A DNA stretch of 63,691 nucleotides, the filler included, from Hyphochytrium catenoides (taxonomy: Eukaryota; Protista; Hyphochytriomycota), in NCBI GenBank assembly GCA_900088475.1. It is 15 parts of 15 records of this genome, joined end to end, with 100 filler letters (N's around TTAATTAATTAA, not from the genome) between each part and the next. Parts side by side here need not be neighbours in the genome. Positions count along the whole stretch, not along the records: positions 61,282 to 62,544 come from FLMG01002631.1; positions 62,645 to 63,691 come from FLMG01001281.1; 13 more parts are not named here. One strand, 5' to 3'. Shown here piece after piece: positions 61,476-63,691 of the stretch (within the stretch, counting starts at the first letter, position 1; every line of letters starts with the position of its first letter). A program made the position numbers and the translations under genes. The notes under the pieces are model-generated. The model was not told the origin of the DNA. It saw only the letters and a list, made by a program, of their open reading frames with translations, and searched no databases.

Positions 61476-62379
61476 CTGGCGTGCTTGGCGTACAACTATC
61501 TCTTCTATAAATCTCTCAGTTGCTGATGGCACTTTTTCCTTCCTTCCCACTATGCATCTCGATTGTTCAACATCTCTCATTGTCGACTTCTTCCACGTCC
61601 TTAACGACTATTGGCTATCTTCCCCGTAGGTTCGCTCTCTTCCCGCTTCGCTTTCGAGCAGCGTGATCCCTGATTCTCAGGATTCGTCCTTCGTCCTCCT
61701 CCCGAGCAGCATTCACATGGCCAACGCGGTACTGAAATGGGTCTCAGACCCGGAGGTCAGGCGAGAGATGTACATGGCTGCCAATACATGCGCAAAGGAG
61801 GTAAACCTACATAGTTGTAGACTTGGTTTGTCTCTCTCTCTCTCTCGTCTCTCTTTCTCGTCTCTCTCTCTCTGTCTCTCTCGTCTCTCTCTCTCTCTCT
61901 CTTTTTTTCTCTCTTCTCTCTCTCTCTCTCTCCCTCTCCCTCCCACCTCTCTCTCCTCTCCCGTCTCTCTTCTCTATCTCTCTCTACCTCTCTCTCCCCT
62001 CTCCTCTTCCCTCTCTCTCTTTACCTCTCTTTACTCTATTTCTCTCTTATTCCCTCTTTCCTTTCTCTCTACCTCATTCTCTGTCATGGATTCCATACAT
62101 CTTCCTCAACTGCTATTGCTTTTCCTGCTCGTGAAGAGAATCTGACAGATAACCTGCATCATGGATGCCTTCTTCTTGTCCTCTTTGAGACTCTTGCTAT
62201 TGCGACGACAACTCCTCTACTGCCAACTTGCTCATTCTTGCTCTCTGTGCGGTATACCCATCTGCTGCACCTATAGAACTTATTTATCTTGGACGAGATC
62301 ATAGAGAAGAGAAGGACCCTGGCGACCTTGCTCGGCTTCAAGAGTTTTGCCCACATGGTGACGGCCGGAAGGATGGCAG
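61283..62379 (+). CDS. M3 metallopeptidase, mitochondrial intermediate peptidase-like (internal exons)
   Basis: AVLKWVSDPEVRREMYMAAN / NLFILDEIIEKRRTLATLLGFKSFAHMVTAGRMA matches the M3A family N-terminal half. Confidence 0.8.
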
Positions 62380-63370
62380 GTAATATGGAGGGTGGGAGGA
62401 GAGAAGAAGACGGTCAGAGGAACGCTTGAGAGTAAACTGGCCAGTGAAAGCCCTGGAGAGGCGCAAAAAGGTTTGGGCTGAGTGGGGAGGGAGTCAAGGG
62501 AGTACTGAGCCAACTACTGGCGAAGACGAGCATTCAATAGCGCGNNNNNNNNNNNNNNNNNNNNNNNNNNNNNNNNNNNNNNNNNNNNTTAATTAATTAA
62601 NNNNNNNNNNNNNNNNNNNNNNNNNNNNNNNNNNNNNNNNNNNNAAGCGAAGACTTAGCTAAACCCATTGACTCACTCTTCTTACATACTACAGAGAGTC
62701 TCTGTGGATTCATGAGGAAGGATACGCTTCATCGACTCTGAAGCGTATTCCTCTTGAGCAGCTAGACCACCCTTCTCTTGCTTGCCTCGCTGCGGTTGGA
62801 GTTGTTGGTGATGACATTGTGTTGGTGGTTCACCTCCTCTTCCTCCTCCTTCTCCCCTTATTCTCACTGAGGAGATCAAATATGATTCTTCCTGAGGACG
62901 AGACCAAGGCCTCTTAACTGTTCTTGCTTCTTCTTCTTCTTCTTCTTCTTCTCCTTCTTCATCACTTACTCTTTGAACTATAAAAGACCTCCTGCAGATC
63001 TATGAAAAAGCAAGTCCGCTTTCTTCTTCTTCTTCCTTTCTTTCTTTTTCCTCTTTCTTCTTCTTCTTAACCTACAACCGCCCGGGCTCTGTTTCCTCCT
63101 CCTGGTGATACTCAGAGGAGGATCAAGAAATTTTTTTCTCTCTCGCATTATTGGTGAGGAAGATGACCTTTCCGCGCCCTCCTCAGTGTCCCCGCAGCTC
63201 CCGCTTCCTGCCCAACATCCTCTCCCCGACCGTCGCCCTTAGTGGCCGCCCCGTTGATGATAATGGGGCTACTTCCTTCCTCTTTTTCCCCTTTCTGGCC
63301 TTCTAAGTAGTAGGTTTCGCCCTTGTTCTTCTTGTTCGTCGTACAATTTTTTTTCATATCTTCCTTTCAA

Positions 63371-63613
63371 AACAGTAGTCTACTAACGTTAGTCATTCCT
63401 TTATAATTAGTGCTCGTTTAGATAAAAGGCCAACTCAATTATAAAGAAATATACTAATGTCTGAAATATAAAAGGTCACACATCAACCCAATAAATACAA
63501 TAAATCCATAATAGAGTAATCTATAAATGAAGACGTTTTCTCAAGCCTTCTATCAACGAGCAAGGATTATTATTAAGCTTACAGTATCAAAGAGTGACTA
63601 GTAGACTACTGTT
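63371..63613. mobile_element. MITE-like element with imperfect terminal inverted repeats (family C)
   Basis: AACAGTAGTCTACTA ... TAGTAGACTACTGTT, with further inverted similarity (TGCTCGTT/AACGAGCA, GATAAAAGGC/GCCTTCTATC) around an AT-rich core. Confidence 0.6.
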
Positions 63614-63691
63614 CCTTCTTTTCTTTTAGTTTATTTTGTTTTTTCATCGCATTTCATTTTACTTTTGCTACTTTTGAAGAAGAAGAACTAT

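Noticed and set aside
332-62145. Many SLSLSL/ERERER ORFs in the six-frame track
   Set aside because: These are translations of (CT)n/(GA)n intronic microsatellites.

Overview
Eukaryotic draft-genome window. It consists of 15 contig pieces joined by 14 artificial 100-nt linkers (N44-TTAATTAATTAA-N44), plus three plain N gaps. It is probably a stramenopile-like protist (inference from gene architectures and TTAGGG telomeres). Genes are intron-rich with long (CT)n tracts on the sense strand, so most six-frame ORFs are microsatellite artefacts; I rebuilt real genes exon by exon. Recognisable genes: THI5/NMT1 (first coding exon only), PP2C phosphatase, fused trehalose-6-P synthase/phosphatase, GPAT-type acyltransferase, PPR protein, CPT2-like carnitine acyltransferase, a bestrophin with a C-terminal SAM-like domain, SURF6/RRP14, HisIE and a mitochondrial-intermediate-peptidase-like M3 peptidase. 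The accessory DNA holds two CRE-like non-LTR relics, a Helentron/HINE-like non-autonomous family, a decayed P-element-like transposase, MITE-like inverted repeats and a ~472-bp tandem repeat. Best leads: (1) a highly structured, apparently alternatively spliced THI5 leader with an overlapping uORF but no canonical TPP aptamer; (2) a zinc-finger/Ulp1-like ORF cut off directly by a telomere; (3) head-to-tail Helentron-like elements abutting a P-like transposase; (4) a bestrophin-SAM fusion built with 18- and 24-nt microexons. No rRNA, tRNA or CRISPR was seen.
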